Virus record (IMG/VR): IMGVR_UViG_3300009128_001633
Coordinates: 1 to 64,000 of that record
Length of the DNA: 64,000 nucleotides
From: a virus
Direction: 5' to 3' (one strand)
This document shows positions 25,239 through 35,611 of this stretch, piece after piece (the stretch's first letter is position 1; every line of letters begins with the position of its first letter). The position numbers and the translations under genes were made by a program. The notes under the pieces are model-generated. The model saw only the letters and a program-made list of their open reading frames with translations. It had not been told where the DNA came from and searched no databases.

Positions 25239-25836
25239 TGTTTTTAAAATCAACAGAAGAATATTGAAACATCATTTTAGAAATAGAAAAGAAATTATAG
25301 GTCTTGATCTTGGCACTCATATTACGGGATTATATAATAATAAATTTGGGTCACAAATATGGTCAGGTGGTGGAGATCCCAATATATATGCAAGAATATC
25401 AATTATTAAAAAAGAATTTCTTGTGTACTTATCATTCAAAAACTCCAAAAAGTGTTTTTTTCTTATAGAAGATTATGCTTTTTCTAGGAGTAAAATGGTT
25501 CAAACAGCTGAGTTGGGAGGCATTATAAGAGTTTTATTATATGAGTCTGGCATGCCATACTTAACAATTGCTCCCAATACACTAAAAAAGTTTGTCTTAG
25601 GACCAAGTGAGCACCAAAAAAAGGGTAGTCAAAAAGCACCCGTCATGGTAGAGGTACTCGATAGATGGGGTATTAAATTTACTGACGACAATGCATGTGA
25701 TGCATATTGCATCGTAAAATTTATGGAATATTTAAGAGTATACATCCTAGGTGGAGAAATAGACAATAGATCATTACTAAAATGGGAAGAACAAATGTTT
25801 TATGATTTTGCAGTAAATAGGGGGATACCAAAATGA
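25198..25836 (+). CDS. RuvC-like Holliday junction resolvase
   Basis: IIGLDLG...TG, FLIEDY, AELGG, P.TLKKF, DDNACDA. Confidence 0.88.
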   Translation: MPKKKRLTKAEKDDVFKINRRILKHHFRNRKEIIGLDLGTHITGLYNNKFGSQIWSGGGDPNIYARISIIKKEFLVYLSFKNSKKCFFLIEDYAFSRSKMVQTAELGGIIRVLLYESGMPYLTIAPNTLKKFVLGPSEHQKKGSQKAPVMVEVLDRWGIKFTDDNACDAYCIVKFMEYLRVYILGGEIDNRSLLKWEEQMFYDFAVNRGIPK

Positions 25837-26059
25837 CTGTTGAACTAAATTTTTCCTGTAATTTGTGTGAGCTTCCTTCTGATAATGAAGGTGTAACTAT
25901 GATATTTGAAATAGACCAAAATAACGAACATAATGCTATAATGCTCCTAAATGGAGTTTAGTAAGAGTTGTAAAAGGAATGGTTAGAAATACTTCAAATC
26001 AAATAAAAGACATACACGTTTGCAAGCATTGTCATAAAAAGATAAAATTTGCTAAATAA
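25833..26059 (+). pseudogene. CxxC...CxxC protein frameshifted by an 8-bp tandem duplication
   Basis: ATAATGCT occurs twice at 25930-25945. Removing one copy gives a 72-aa ORF, MTVELNFSCNLC...EHNAPKWSLV...HVCKHCHKKIKFAK*. Confidence 0.7.
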
Positions 26060-26100
26060 AAAGGGGAGCCTGAAGGGAGGGCGTTTCCCCAGACTCCCCT
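26055..26100 (-). terminator. Rho-independent terminator at the convergence of the two blocks
   Basis: On the - strand, AGGGGAGTCTGGGG...CTTCAGGCTCCCCT followed by TTTTATTT. Confidence 0.8.
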
Positions 26101-26158
26101 AGATGGGACATGATGGCCGATTACCATGCCCCACCGTCGCCGACTGACAGAATGGAGC

Positions 26159-27160
26159 CTACCAGTCGGCGATTCCTTTTATTTTTGAAGCTAAGTTGTC
26201 TACCACTTTTTGAAGACTGAAATATTTTTGATAAAACTTTCTAGGCTTAAATTCACGTTCCTTATCAAGAACATACTTCAAGGCATGAACAAAATCACTG
26301 CCATCTATTCTGACACAAGAGTCATCATAAAAATAATCATCCCATATATATAGTCCATCATTATCTCTAACAACAACTGGTATATCCATGCATAACATCT
26401 CTGGAATAACTCTTGGGCAACTATCACCTTCACTACAACAAACGCCTACCCTTGCCATACAAGCTAATTCAGGAATATCTTTACGAGGAACCCATCCATT
26501 AAACGTTATATTTAAATCTAAATTTTTAGCCAATTCAATAATCTCAGGATCAGTATTACCTATTTGTAATATTTTCAACCCACTGCCATCCATTATTTCA
26601 AGAAACCATTTATGACCTTTTATCTTTTTTTGTTTAGCATTAGCGATAAAAACAACATCATAGATTTTTTCTTTAGAAATAGGATAAAATATATTCCCAC
26701 AAGCAGGTTTTAAAAACTTGTGAACCTCATACCCACTATCTTTTAGTTCCAAAAATTGTTTTCTACTGTCAGCCAATACAAGGTTATAATCCGTAAGGTC
26801 TCCATTGGCCTTTGGGTTAAATCTAGCTTTAAAAATAGCCCCATAGTATAGCTTAAAAGCCTTTGAACATGCTTGCATAACCGGCATGTATTCTTTGAAT
26901 CCACCACGACTAAATATGAAATCAAAGTTCAAATTATCTATCGGAAATTCTCTCCACCACCATTCAATGAAATCATCCAAATATCTAACTGATCTAGGAC
27001 CACCATTCCACATCCATATTTCACTGTGGTTAAACTCAAACTTTTTATGTAACATAAAAAACAACCATATCCACATGTCATCAACTTCATATATAGAATC
27101 AAACATTATTCTTTCTTTATCTTTTGGAACTTCCTGTCTTAACATTAGTCCGGTCTTCAT
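26159..27160 (-). CDS. Glycosyltransferase (GT-B, GT4-like)
   Basis: YDVVFIA.....KG, F.GWVPR..I, DSCPRVIPE.L....PVV. Confidence 0.8.
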   Translation of the reverse strand: MKTGLMLRQEVPKDKERIMFDSIYEVDDMWIWLFFMLHKKFEFNHSEIWMWNGGPRSVRYLDDFIEWWWREFPIDNLNFDFIFSRGGFKEYMPVMQACSKAFKLYYGAIFKARFNPKANGDLTDYNLVLADSRKQFLELKDSGYEVHKFLKPACGNIFYPISKEKIYDVVFIANAKQKKIKGHKWFLEIMDGSGLKILQIGNTDPEIIELAKNLDLNITFNGWVPRKDIPELACMARVGVCCSEGDSCPRVIPEMLCMDIPVVVRDNDGLYIWDDYFYDDSCVRIDGSDFVHALKYVLDKEREFKPRKFYQKYFSLQKVVDNLASKIKGIADW

Positions 27161-28245
27161 AGTTCACTCCTACTTATTATTTCAGCTATTTTAGCTCCCG
27201 CCATACCATCTCCAATTGCTTTTGATTCCAATTGATCTTTTCTTTTAAAAGCATAAGAAGCCCTTTCGCTTATTGCGTTCGGATTAACACCAACTAAATC
27301 AACGTGACCAGATTTAACTAGATTATCCCACTCTGTTACATTTCTTAAAACAATACATGGCACACCGAAGAATGCTGATTCCTTCTGTACTCCACCAGAA
27401 TCTGTTATTATAACTTTTGCATTTTTCTCCAATGACAACATATCGTTGTAACCAACAGGATTTATGACAAAAAAATCTTTAGTCATCCTAAATAACTTAT
27501 CCAACCCAATATTTTCTATAGCTTCCATTGTCCTGGGATGCATTGGAAAAACAATAGGACATCTACCAATACAAAGCATTAATAATCCTTCAACTATTTG
27601 TTTGAGATTGTCATTATCTGGAGAAGTATTTATTTCCCTATGAACAGTGACCAATATATACTTTCTTTTTTCAACTTCTAATTTATTAAGTATATTGTCA
27701 ACTATCTTGTCTTTAAATTGAAGAAACATATCATACATTACATCACCAACTAAATAAACATTTGATTCTATTCTTTCATTCGATAAATTTTCCATAGATT
27801 CAATAGTTGGACAAAAAAGAATCTCAGACATGTGGTCTATTACTATTCTATTCATTTCTTCAGGCATCATTTCAAAACTTCTCATACCTGCTTCTATATG
27901 TATTAGTGGAATTTCCATCTTACAACAAGCAACTGCTCCAGATATAGCTGAATCTGTATCACCAAAAACTATGACATAGTCAGGTGAATCCATTTCTATT
28001 ATTTTCTTTATTTCAGTTATTGTTTGTGAAAGTCTTAACATGCGATTTTCTCTAGACACATTAAGCATATATCTACATTTACCATTCATATTAAAATCAT
28101 TAAAAAATATATCTGACATATTTTCATCATAATGATGACCAGTATGTATTAGTTTTTCTTCTATTCCATACTCTTTTAAATGTTTAGAAATTCCAGCAGA
28201 TTTTATGAATGTTGGTCTAGCACCAATAACAGTAAGAACTTTCAT
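27157..28245 (-). CDS. wecB: UDP-N-acetylglucosamine 2-epimerase (non-hydrolysing)
   Basis: VIGARP.FIK, HTG.HYD, GDT, HIEAG.RS, MPEE.NR, T.HR..N, TDSGGVQKE, R..TEW. Confidence 0.95.
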   Translation of the reverse strand: MKVLTVIGARPTFIKSAGISKHLKEYGIEEKLIHTGHHYDENMSDIFFNDFNMNGKCRYMLNVSRENRMLRLSQTITEIKKIIEMDSPDYVIVFGDTDSAISGAVACCKMEIPLIHIEAGMRSFEMMPEEMNRIVIDHMSEILFCPTIESMENLSNERIESNVYLVGDVMYDMFLQFKDKIVDNILNKLEVEKRKYILVTVHREINTSPDNDNLKQIVEGLLMLCIGRCPIVFPMHPRTMEAIENIGLDKLFRMTKDFFVINPVGYNDMLSLEKNAKVIITDSGGVQKESAFFGVPCIVLRNVTEWDNLVKSGHVDLVGVNPNAISERASYAFKRKDQLESKAIGDGMAGAKIAEIISRSEL

Positions 28246-28811
28246 TTTATTATTCCTTTAAACAAAAATATCTTAGAATTCTTTTTATGGTTCATTAATA
28301 TAACCTGCATTGATTCAAAGTCCACAACTTCTTTATATCTATCAACAACAAGCTCAACTGTTGCAAAATATCTAACATGAGAAGCAAAATCCCTGTTAGG
28401 CACAGAACATATTATTGTAGATCTCTTAGGTATGCTTTTTAGAACTTCTATGTCTTTAGTTATGTGTTCAAGAACCTCCAAACATACGAATATCATATCA
28501 CTTTCATATAATTTTAATATGTTAACATCTAATAAATTGCTACAAATAAATTTATAATCTGAAACACGATTAATTGCCTTGCTTATAACTTCTTTAGAAA
28601 AATCAATGCCTATATAATTCTTATAGTTTTTCTTTGAAAGCATTTCAGCAAAAAAACCAGCACCACAACCAAGATCCACTATGGTTGGACAAAAATTTGA
28701 TGACGGTAAATAATTAATGACTTGTTCATATAACTTAAAATAACGCTTAAATCTATTTCCTTTTATATAACCATCACCAGTATAATATTCTGGACCTCTT
28801 TCAGTTCCCAT
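28242..28811 (-). CDS. SAM-dependent methyltransferase
   Basis: IVDLGCGAG, GIDFS, CLEVLEHI, SVPN. Confidence 0.9.
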   Translation of the reverse strand: MGTERGPEYYTGDGYIKGNRFKRYFKLYEQVINYLPSSNFCPTIVDLGCGAGFFAEMLSKKNYKNYIGIDFSKEVISKAINRVSDYKFICSNLLDVNILKLYESDMIFVCLEVLEHITKDIEVLKSIPKRSTIICSVPNRDFASHVRYFATVELVVDRYKEVVDFESMQVILMNHKKNSKIFLFKGIIK

Positions 28812-29748
28812 ATAATTCCTCTGTAATAATATCTGTCATTTGTTTCACTCTCACCTCACAACTGTGATTTTTTCTAACAAATTTCATGCCATTATTAGCT
28901 ATTTTTTCTCTCTCATTATCATTTTCTGGTTTTATATAATACAATATTTTCTCTTTAAAATCATCAAAACCATCATAAACAACAAAATGCTTACCATCTT
29001 CATAACCGAGCCTATTCAAATCTTTTGGTCTATCAGCTAAAAGAAAACCACCACAAGCAAGAGTTTCAGTGTATCTCATACTAAATGATTCAAAAATATT
29101 ATTACTTGTAACTACTATTTTTGAACGATTAATTGCCTTAACTAATCGTTTATGTATCACTCTTTTAACTATTGAATTTAAATCCATATTAATCAATATA
29201 TCACGAATGATATGCCTATATGGATAAACTTCTGGTCTAACTGTATAAGCGACTAATACATCACTATCTTTAGAAATATCTAATTTTCTAAAGACGTTTG
29301 TATCTACAGAAAATGGTAAAAAACGAATCTTTTTACAAGCCTTATGTTCTTTTAAAAGATTAACTGCTGGAGTAGTAATACCAAATATAAGATCATAGTT
29401 ATTCTCTTCAAAAAAAGCACGTTGTACATCTGCTCTTATTCTTATTCTTCTTTTGCTAATATCACTTATGCGAATATAATCGACTGCTACATGAATCCTT
29501 TTTATATCTGACACTTTACTTATATCTTTAAATTTTAAACTATATTTCAAACCATATGTCATAATCAAATCTGGTTTTGAGTTACAGTACCTATCTATAA
29601 CTTCCTTAGTAGTAAAACTTTCATCAAAATCAGGATATCCTTCACCCCAGTAAACAACTTCATGATGTTTACTAATTTCGTTTCTGAATAATTGATGTCC
29701 CCAATTATATCTACTAATTTGATTGGGACTTAACAATAATATCTTCAT
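28801..29748 (-). CDS. Glycosyltransferase (CgeB/Glyco_trans_1_2-like)
   Basis: LPFSVD...F, INRSKI, RY.E.LACG.FLL, REKIANNG..FV...H. Confidence 0.88.
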   Translation of the reverse strand: MKILLLSPNQISRYNWGHQLFRNEISKHHEVVYWGEGYPDFDESFTTKEVIDRYCNSKPDLIMTYGLKYSLKFKDISKVSDIKRIHVAVDYIRISDISKRRIRIRADVQRAFFEENNYDLIFGITTPAVNLLKEHKACKKIRFLPFSVDTNVFRKLDISKDSDVLVAYTVRPEVYPYRHIIRDILINMDLNSIVKRVIHKRLVKAINRSKIVVTSNNIFESFSMRYTETLACGGFLLADRPKDLNRLGYEDGKHFVVYDGFDDFKEKILYYIKPENDNEREKIANNGMKFVRKNHSCEVRVKQMTDIITEELYGN

Positions 29749-29749
29749 A

Positions 29750-30268
29750 CTATATCCTTTCGTCTTCTCTAACTTCTCCTATTTTAGTTGCCGGTCTACC
29801 TCTATATATGCAATTAGGACTTGTATTTTTAGCCACCAATGATCCAGCTTGAACCATAGAGTTTCTGGCTATTCTCACTGATGGCATGATAATAACTCCT
29901 GCACCTATGCGTGTTCCGCATTCAATATATGGAGGTTCTGATAATGGCTTATAATGTCTGGCATGAGATATTTCTTTTGTGTTAGTAGTTACGACACCCA
30001 TTCCAATGAAAACATTATCTTCAATTACACAACCTTTACATATGTTAGAGAATTGCATAACTCTAACATTTTGTCCAATACGAGCTCCTTCGGCTATAAA
30101 ACAAAAGGATCTAACTTCCGACTTATTGCCAATTATAACACTAGGTCTAATAACAGTGTGATGACCAATGAAACAATCATTCCCAATATTTGTATCTTCT
30201 GATACCACTGCACCATATTCTATTCTTGTATAATTCCCTATTATAGCCAAATCACTAATCTCATTCAT
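29750..30268 (-). CDS. Hexapeptide-repeat acetyltransferase
   Basis: Left-handed beta-helix repeats; G.PA..I C-terminus. Confidence 0.9.
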   Translation of the reverse strand: MNEISDLAIIGNYTRIEYGAVVSEDTNIGNDCFIGHHTVIRPSVIIGNKSEVRSFCFIAEGARIGQNVRVMQFSNICKGCVIEDNVFIGMGVVTTNTKEISHARHYKPLSEPPYIECGTRIGAGVIIMPSVRIARNSMVQAGSLVAKNTSPNCIYRGRPATKIGEVREDERI

Positions 30269-30269
30269 A

Positions 30270-30779
30270 TTAGCTCCTTAAAAGGAATACCTCTTTTTCA
30301 GTAACATCTCGTAATTTCCTAGCTGGAATTCCAACGTATAGACCATACGGTTCTGTGTTCTTATTCACAAGGCTACATGCTCCAATGATACAATTCGAAG
30401 CAATTTTCACTCCATTCATAATAACAACGTCATCACCAACAAAGCAACCATTACCAACAATTAATGGGTTTGAAATAGCTCTTTTATTATAGATTGTTTC
30501 AACCCCAACTGAAAAATATACATTATCTTCAATTATAACATTTCTTGCTATAACTGATTTATATCTTAAAGTGACATTATCACCAATAACATTACCACCA
30601 GATGATATAACATAACTATCTATAAAAACATTATTACCTATTCTTGTCCCTTTTTTAAGAAACACATGATTGCAAATTTCAACATTATATCCAACAACAA
30701 CATTTTCCTCAATAATATTAAAATGTCCAATTTTTAAACCATTACCACTCATGAATGAATTGTGTATTATGTTATACAT
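30270..30779 (-). CDS. Hexapeptide-repeat acetyltransferase
   Basis: Hexapeptide repeats; IGACSLV.K......VGIPAR. Confidence 0.9.
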   Translation of the reverse strand: MYNIIHNSFMSGNGLKIGHFNIIEENVVVGYNVEICNHVFLKKGTRIGNNVFIDSYVISSGGNVIGDNVTLRYKSVIARNVIIEDNVYFSVGVETIYNKRAISNPLIVGNGCFVGDDVVIMNGVKIASNCIIGACSLVNKNTEPYGLYVGIPARKLRDVTEKEVFLLRS

Positions 30780-31551
30780 GATTTAATCTCCCGTATATTG
30801 TTAATACATTTTCATAAAACAATCCATTCTTAACTTCATCAGTAATATTAGATAAATTAATGCAATATATAGCCATTCTTAAATCAGCATATGGTTCATC
30901 AGATCCAAATATGATTTTACGTTTTCCTAATTTATCTACAGCTTTTTCAATAAGCCACGGAAGTTTAACAGAAGAAGTATCCAGATATACATTATCTAAT
31001 CTCTCAATATATAATAAGTCTATGGCTCTTTCAATAAGATCTGCTGCATTGCCGCCAAGATGAGCAGCAATAAAATTTATAGTCTTAAATCTTTTGGCGG
31101 CATCTATCAAATACTTAATATCACTTCGCCAATGTCTTCCGCAATGTACTAATATTGGAAGACTAAATTCAGCAGCACACTCGAGAAAATCATCCATTTC
31201 CGGAACATCAAAGGTTGTTTCAGATATACTAGGATGATATTTTAGACCGCATATTATATCATTATAAAGAGATATCTGTTTCAAAGTCTCACTATCTTTT
31301 GGATCAATAACAAGTAACGGATAAAAAACTACTGGAAAAGACCATTTAGAATACTCTTCAATGAATTGCATATTCAGTGTAGAACTCTTCACTATATTAG
31401 ACAAATTAGGCATAACTACAGATCCATAAATACAATTTTCCATTTCCATAATTAATTCATGATAACTTTTTAACGAAAAGAACCTTTCTGTTTTTTCAGT
31501 TTTTCCTATATGTACATGACTATCAATTATAATGTTTTCAACTTTTTTCAT
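30772..31551 (-). CDS. Amidohydrolase-family metal-dependent hydrolase
   Basis: IDSHVHIG, GLKYHP, PILVHCG, AAHLGG, YLDTS, IFGSDEP. Confidence 0.92.
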   Translation of the reverse strand: MKKVENIIIDSHVHIGKTEKTERFFSLKSYHELIMEMENCIYGSVVMPNLSNIVKSSTLNMQFIEEYSKWSFPVVFYPLLVIDPKDSETLKQISLYNDIICGLKYHPSISETTFDVPEMDDFLECAAEFSLPILVHCGRHWRSDIKYLIDAAKRFKTINFIAAHLGGNAADLIERAIDLLYIERLDNVYLDTSSVKLPWLIEKAVDKLGKRKIIFGSDEPYADLRMAIYCINLSNITDEVKNGLFYENVLTIYGRLNHV

Positions 31552-32207
31552 AACCTATCTTCCTCCAGAACTTCACCTTTTTCTTTTGCAGGACTACCAA
31601 AAACTATTTTATTTTCAGGAACATCTTTCGTGACTACAGATCCGGCACCAATAATAGCATTATCTTTTATTATAACTCCTGGAAGAATACTTGCCATGTT
31701 TCCAATTCTCACACCTCTACCAATAGTAGGACCTATCAAGTTTTTACCATGACCGCTTCTTTTGAATCGCATCTTATAATCATTAGTAGTGCAAACCATA
31801 GGTCCAAGAAAAGTATAGTCACCAATAACAGTAAATTTAGTAATGTGACACTGAGCATTAATACCGCAATTATTACCAATCCTAGTATCTCCTTCACAAT
31901 TAACTAATCCTCCTACATAAGTATTGTTCCCTATTATGGTACGAGGAAGGATGATTGAATTATGACCTATGAATACTTTGTTTCCAAACTTACATCCTCC
32001 GTAAATAACACAACCAGATGAAAGTCTACACCAATCACCCAACTCAATTCTTCCATTTAATGGAAGTATATCCACAAAAGATACAGTTTCATCTATCGAA
32101 ACATTATCGCCAACTTTCAAGTAGTTACGTTCAATTAGATGTTTGAATTTTTCTGGTATTTTCGGAACTAACACTTCCGCTACTCCTTCTTTCTCTAACA
32201 CTAACAA
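31548..32207 (-). CDS. Hexapeptide-repeat acetyltransferase
   Basis: FLGP.VCTTND, IGAGSVVTKDVP....FGSPAK. The start may be slightly downstream. Confidence 0.9.
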   Translation of the reverse strand: MLVLEKEGVAEVLVPKIPEKFKHLIERNYLKVGDNVSIDETVSFVDILPLNGRIELGDWCRLSSGCVIYGGCKFGNKVFIGHNSIILPRTIIGNNTYVGGLVNCEGDTRIGNNCGINAQCHITKFTVIGDYTFLGPMVCTTNDYKMRFKRSGHGKNLIGPTIGRGVRIGNMASILPGVIIKDNAIIGAGSVVTKDVPENKIVFGSPAKEKGEVLEEDRL

Positions 32208-32700
32208 TACTAAAAACAGCTGGTTTTGAGATATGTACTAATTTAGCTAATTGTCCATAAGAAAAACCCATTTTCTTTCTCAGAATATATATCTCATCTT
32301 TTTGTTTTTTATTTAATTTCCATGTTGCTTTATTACTAACACGAAATCTATTTTTAGAATAAAAATAATTTTTTGTACTCTTCACTGGACCAACACTTTT
32401 TTCTTTAACTCTGCTGAGTAAATGTTTTATCCGATCATATATTTCCCTTATTTCTCTAAGTGCTTTATTATAAGAAGGATCGTTAACACCTAAACTGTTA
32501 TGTATTTTCATAACCTTTTTTCTATACAACCAATCTGCCCAACTTAATTGTTCGCCAATACATAACTTGTCATCTATATTAACAACTTCTTCTTCAAGAG
32601 CACCTAATGCGACAAAACACTTTTTCTTATTTAATGACTTTCTAACAACACTATATTTAACTTTCTTAGAAGGAAGTAGAGTATCCATATTATATACCAT
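32131..32700 (-). CDS. Hypothetical protein with C-terminal HTH
   Basis: GFSYGQLAKLVHISKPAVFSIV. Confidence 0.6.
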   Translation of the reverse strand: MVYNMDTLLPSKKVKYSVVRKSLNKKKCFVALGALEEEVVNIDDKLCIGEQLSWADWLYRKKVMKIHNSLGVNDPSYNKALREIREIYDRIKHLLSRVKEKSVGPVKSTKNYFYSKNRFRVSNKATWKLNKKQKDEIYILRKKMGFSYGQLAKLVHISKPAVFSIVSVRERRSSGSVSSENTRKIQTSN

Positions 32701-33604
32701 ATACAGATTTTAATTTATCACCAATAGCTTTATAACTATGGTGATTTTCAACCCATAATCTAGTGTTTTTCTTGCATGAAAGTAGCTCCGAATTATTGAA
32801 TTTAAGAAATTCTTTTAAGACACTTCTTAGTTCATTAATGTTATTAGCCACAATCAACTCAGGATTATTATTGTATTCTCTAACATATCTATTGTAACTA
32901 TTAAAATTAGTTATTACTAATTTTCCAAGAGCAGCAGCTTCTAACGCAGACACACCCCATTCACCTAATCTCATCTGCTCTATATAAATATCACATTCAT
33001 TAACTCTTTCCATTTGCTCCTTCCAAGTAACTCTTTCTATAGAAAACCTGTATATGAATCTGCTTGCAACATCTCTATTGTGCTTTAATTCACTTATTGC
33101 TTTATTAACTATATTTGAACCTTTCGTATCAGCAGAAGATGGATAATGACCTACAATTATTTTTTCACCTTCATTGAAGGAATAATCAGGCTTAATAGCT
33201 TCAATGTCTACAGCAGGAAGAACCCACTTCTCATTCTTGGCTCCCCTACCTAACAGATCACCAGTTTGTATTAATGTTCTTTCTACAATGGGATTAAATA
33301 CAGCATTTACTTTAGCAGGATTATCTCTATAGTGACCACCACCATGAAAAACAAACACTCTTTTTTTAGATAAATCAATACCGGTATCTATATAACTACT
33401 ATGCATAAATTGTATAATGTCTGCTTCCTCAGCATAGTGTCTAACGTTTTCTAATGCAAAAGCTTTGTTTGGGTATTTATAGTAGTTAGGAGATTTACCC
33501 AACATTACAGCATCAACGCCAACTTTCTGTAGACACATGGAAAATGTGTACCCCAAATTAGCCCAATCATTTTTTGCAAGTAACAAAACTCTCATTTCAT
33601 CCAC
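32690..33604 (-). CDS. Glycosyltransferase (GT-B)
   Basis: VGHYPS....KG, CDIYIEQ...G.WG.SALEAAALGK.VI. Confidence 0.85.
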   Translation of the reverse strand: MDEMRVLLLAKNDWANLGYTFSMCLQKVGVDAVMLGKSPNYYKYPNKAFALENVRHYAEEADIIQFMHSSYIDTGIDLSKKRVFVFHGGGHYRDNPAKVNAVFNPIVERTLIQTGDLLGRGAKNEKWVLPAVDIEAIKPDYSFNEGEKIIVGHYPSSADTKGSNIVNKAISELKHNRDVASRFIYRFSIERVTWKEQMERVNECDIYIEQMRLGEWGVSALEAAALGKLVITNFNSYNRYVREYNNNPELIVANNINELRSVLKEFLKFNNSELLSCKKNTRLWVENHHSYKAIGDKLKSVYGI

Positions 33605-34515
33605 CTCTCACAAACAAGATCTGTGAATTTATCAACCATGACCTTATTATTATAATGTTTTCTAACAAATTCCATACCATTATTGGCAATCCACTCACGT
33701 TCGTGTTCTTGCTCTAAATAATATAGTATTTTTTTTCTCAAATCATTAAGACCATTATAGATAACTAAATGTTTTCCATCAATGTAACCAAATTCTTTAA
33801 GATCCTCTGGTTTATCAGCTAATAAGAAAGATCCACAAGCCATCACTTCAGTATATTTTCTACTTAGTGATCCAAAAATATTATTACTTGTGACAACTAT
33901 CCTTGAATAATTAATATCATCAACATATTGACTAACTGTTGTTTTATTACGTTTATAAGATACATTCATGGTTGATAACATATCCAACAACTTAGCTCTT
34001 AATGGATACACATCATCACGAATTGTGTATCTTGCACAAACATCATACTCTTTAAAAAAATTAAGTCTCTTTCTAAACACCTTAGTATTTACAGAAAATG
34101 GCATCAAAAAAGATTCTCTGCAAGCACCACATTCAACAACATATTTTCCCATATATGACACTGGAACAAATGCTAAATCATATTTACTTCTTTCCATATA
34201 TTCTTGATATTGCGGCTGACATCCTCTATAATTACCCTTCGGTGGAAAATAATCAACAAGATAAATAAGTTTAGGTATAGTGACCTTATCCATATCTATT
34301 TCAAATGGCATTCTGAACCCATACTTAAATATAATATCAGGCTTATATTGGCTAACAACATCTGTAATTGGCCTGTTTTCATCATAACCATCTCTAAGTG
34401 GACCCCACCATATAACCTCATGATATTTTGCAAACTCACTTACAAAATAGTGATGACCAAGCAAATTCTGTTTCCCAACCTTCAACATATCTCTTACAAT
34501 TAACAATATTCTCAT
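33592..34515 (-). CDS. Glycosyltransferase (CgeB-like), paralog of 28801..29748
   Basis: Shares SRIVVTSNNIF.S.S.KYTEV.ACG.FLLAD.P.DL...GY.DGKH with 28801..29748. Confidence 0.88.
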   Translation of the reverse strand: MRILLIVRDMLKVGKQNLLGHHYFVSEFAKYHEVIWWGPLRDGYDENRPITDVVSQYKPDIIFKYGFRMPFEIDMDKVTIPKLIYLVDYFPPKGNYRGCQPQYQEYMERSKYDLAFVPVSYMGKYVVECGACRESFLMPFSVNTKVFRKRLNFFKEYDVCARYTIRDDVYPLRAKLLDMLSTMNVSYKRNKTTVSQYVDDINYSRIVVTSNNIFGSLSRKYTEVMACGSFLLADKPEDLKEFGYIDGKHLVIYNGLNDLRKKILYYLEQEHEREWIANNGMEFVRKHYNNKVMVDKFTDLVCERWMK

Positions 34516-35099
34516 TTTTTTATAAATAACCTTGTGCGTAGTTTTAATCTTCTAAAAACACTATTAAATTCATGTGCATAGAATCCAAACAATATTTTTC
34601 TCACTTCATCAGCATAATTATTAAACACTTCAGTTTCCCAATCATGAACACCGAGCATATCCCCAGATTTTAAATATTCAGCATACATAATTATTTCTTT
34701 ACCTTTATCACCATTATCACAATATAAAAATTTTCTACGAGGATTTGAAAGTAAAGAAACTAATAATTCATTTTTTTTATTCAAAATATTATCAACTATA
34801 AAAACTACATTACTATTAAACCCTTTTTCAACTAATTCAGTAATATCTTCGCTTGTAACTAACCCTCTGATTTTTTTACTTTCATATATAGAATTATTAT
34901 CAAAAGAATATAGTAGAATGTTTTCATTACATTCATGCAATAATAAAGTAAACCCTCCAGTTCCTGTTCCCAATTCTATAATGATTTCAGGATCACGAAG
35001 TCTCACAGCATTTCTGATATATTGTTCAACTTCTTTTTCATGACACATTAACGCTTTCAACTCTGGAAAATATCTACTTTTATAAAAGTTTCTAATCAT
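34512..35099 (-). CDS. SAM-dependent methyltransferase (CmcI-like)
   Basis: PEIIIELGTGTGG, YSFD, CDNG.K..E, LK.GD...VHD. Confidence 0.8.
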   Translation of the reverse strand: MIRNFYKSRYFPELKALMCHEKEVEQYIRNAVRLRDPEIIIELGTGTGGFTLLLHECNENILLYSFDNNSIYESKKIRGLVTSEDITELVEKGFNSNVVFIVDNILNKKNELLVSLLSNPRRKFLYCDNGDKGKEIIMYAEYLKSGDMLGVHDWETEVFNNYADEVRKILFGFYAHEFNSVFRRLKLRTRLFIKK

Positions 35100-35611
35100 T
35101 TTTTCACCATAGATTTAGCTGGAATACCAATAACTATATCACCTTCCTCAACGTTTTTTATCACAAGTGACATTGCTCCAACAACAGCATTCTCATCAAC
35201 AACAACTCCTGGCATTATAGTTGACCCTGCACCAATATACGCACCATCGCATATGATAGGAGGTAATTGAACACCTTTTACTTTACCTCTTAAAGTCATA
35301 ACCATTGGACCAATAAAGACATCATTTCCTACAACAGTGCCGTCGGCTATGGATGCCGACGGCTTCCATTGTATGCGATTACCAAAAGAAGAATCAGTAC
35401 CGGTTTTACAATAATGATCAATGAAAACATTATTACCTATTTTTGTTCCTTCCTTTAATAAAACCCAATTTTCTAATGTTACATCATCACCCACAATAAC
35501 ATTTTTTTCTATAACACACCAGCATCCAATCTTAAAATTACTTCCATGCTTAAAAGTAGGATGTACCGCATTGTTACCATAGCCCTCAACTTCTTTCCAA
35601 TTTTCTAACAT
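35096..35611 (-). CDS. Hexapeptide-repeat acetyltransferase
   Basis: Hexapeptide repeats; VGAMSLV.K.V.....IGIPAK. Confidence 0.9.
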   Translation of the reverse strand: MLENWKEVEGYGNNAVHPTFKHGSNFKIGCWCVIEKNVIVGDDVTLENWVLLKEGTKIGNNVFIDHYCKTGTDSSFGNRIQWKPSASIADGTVVGNDVFIGPMVMTLRGKVKGVQLPPIICDGAYIGAGSTIMPGVVVDENAVVGAMSLVIKNVEEGDIVIGIPAKSMVKK

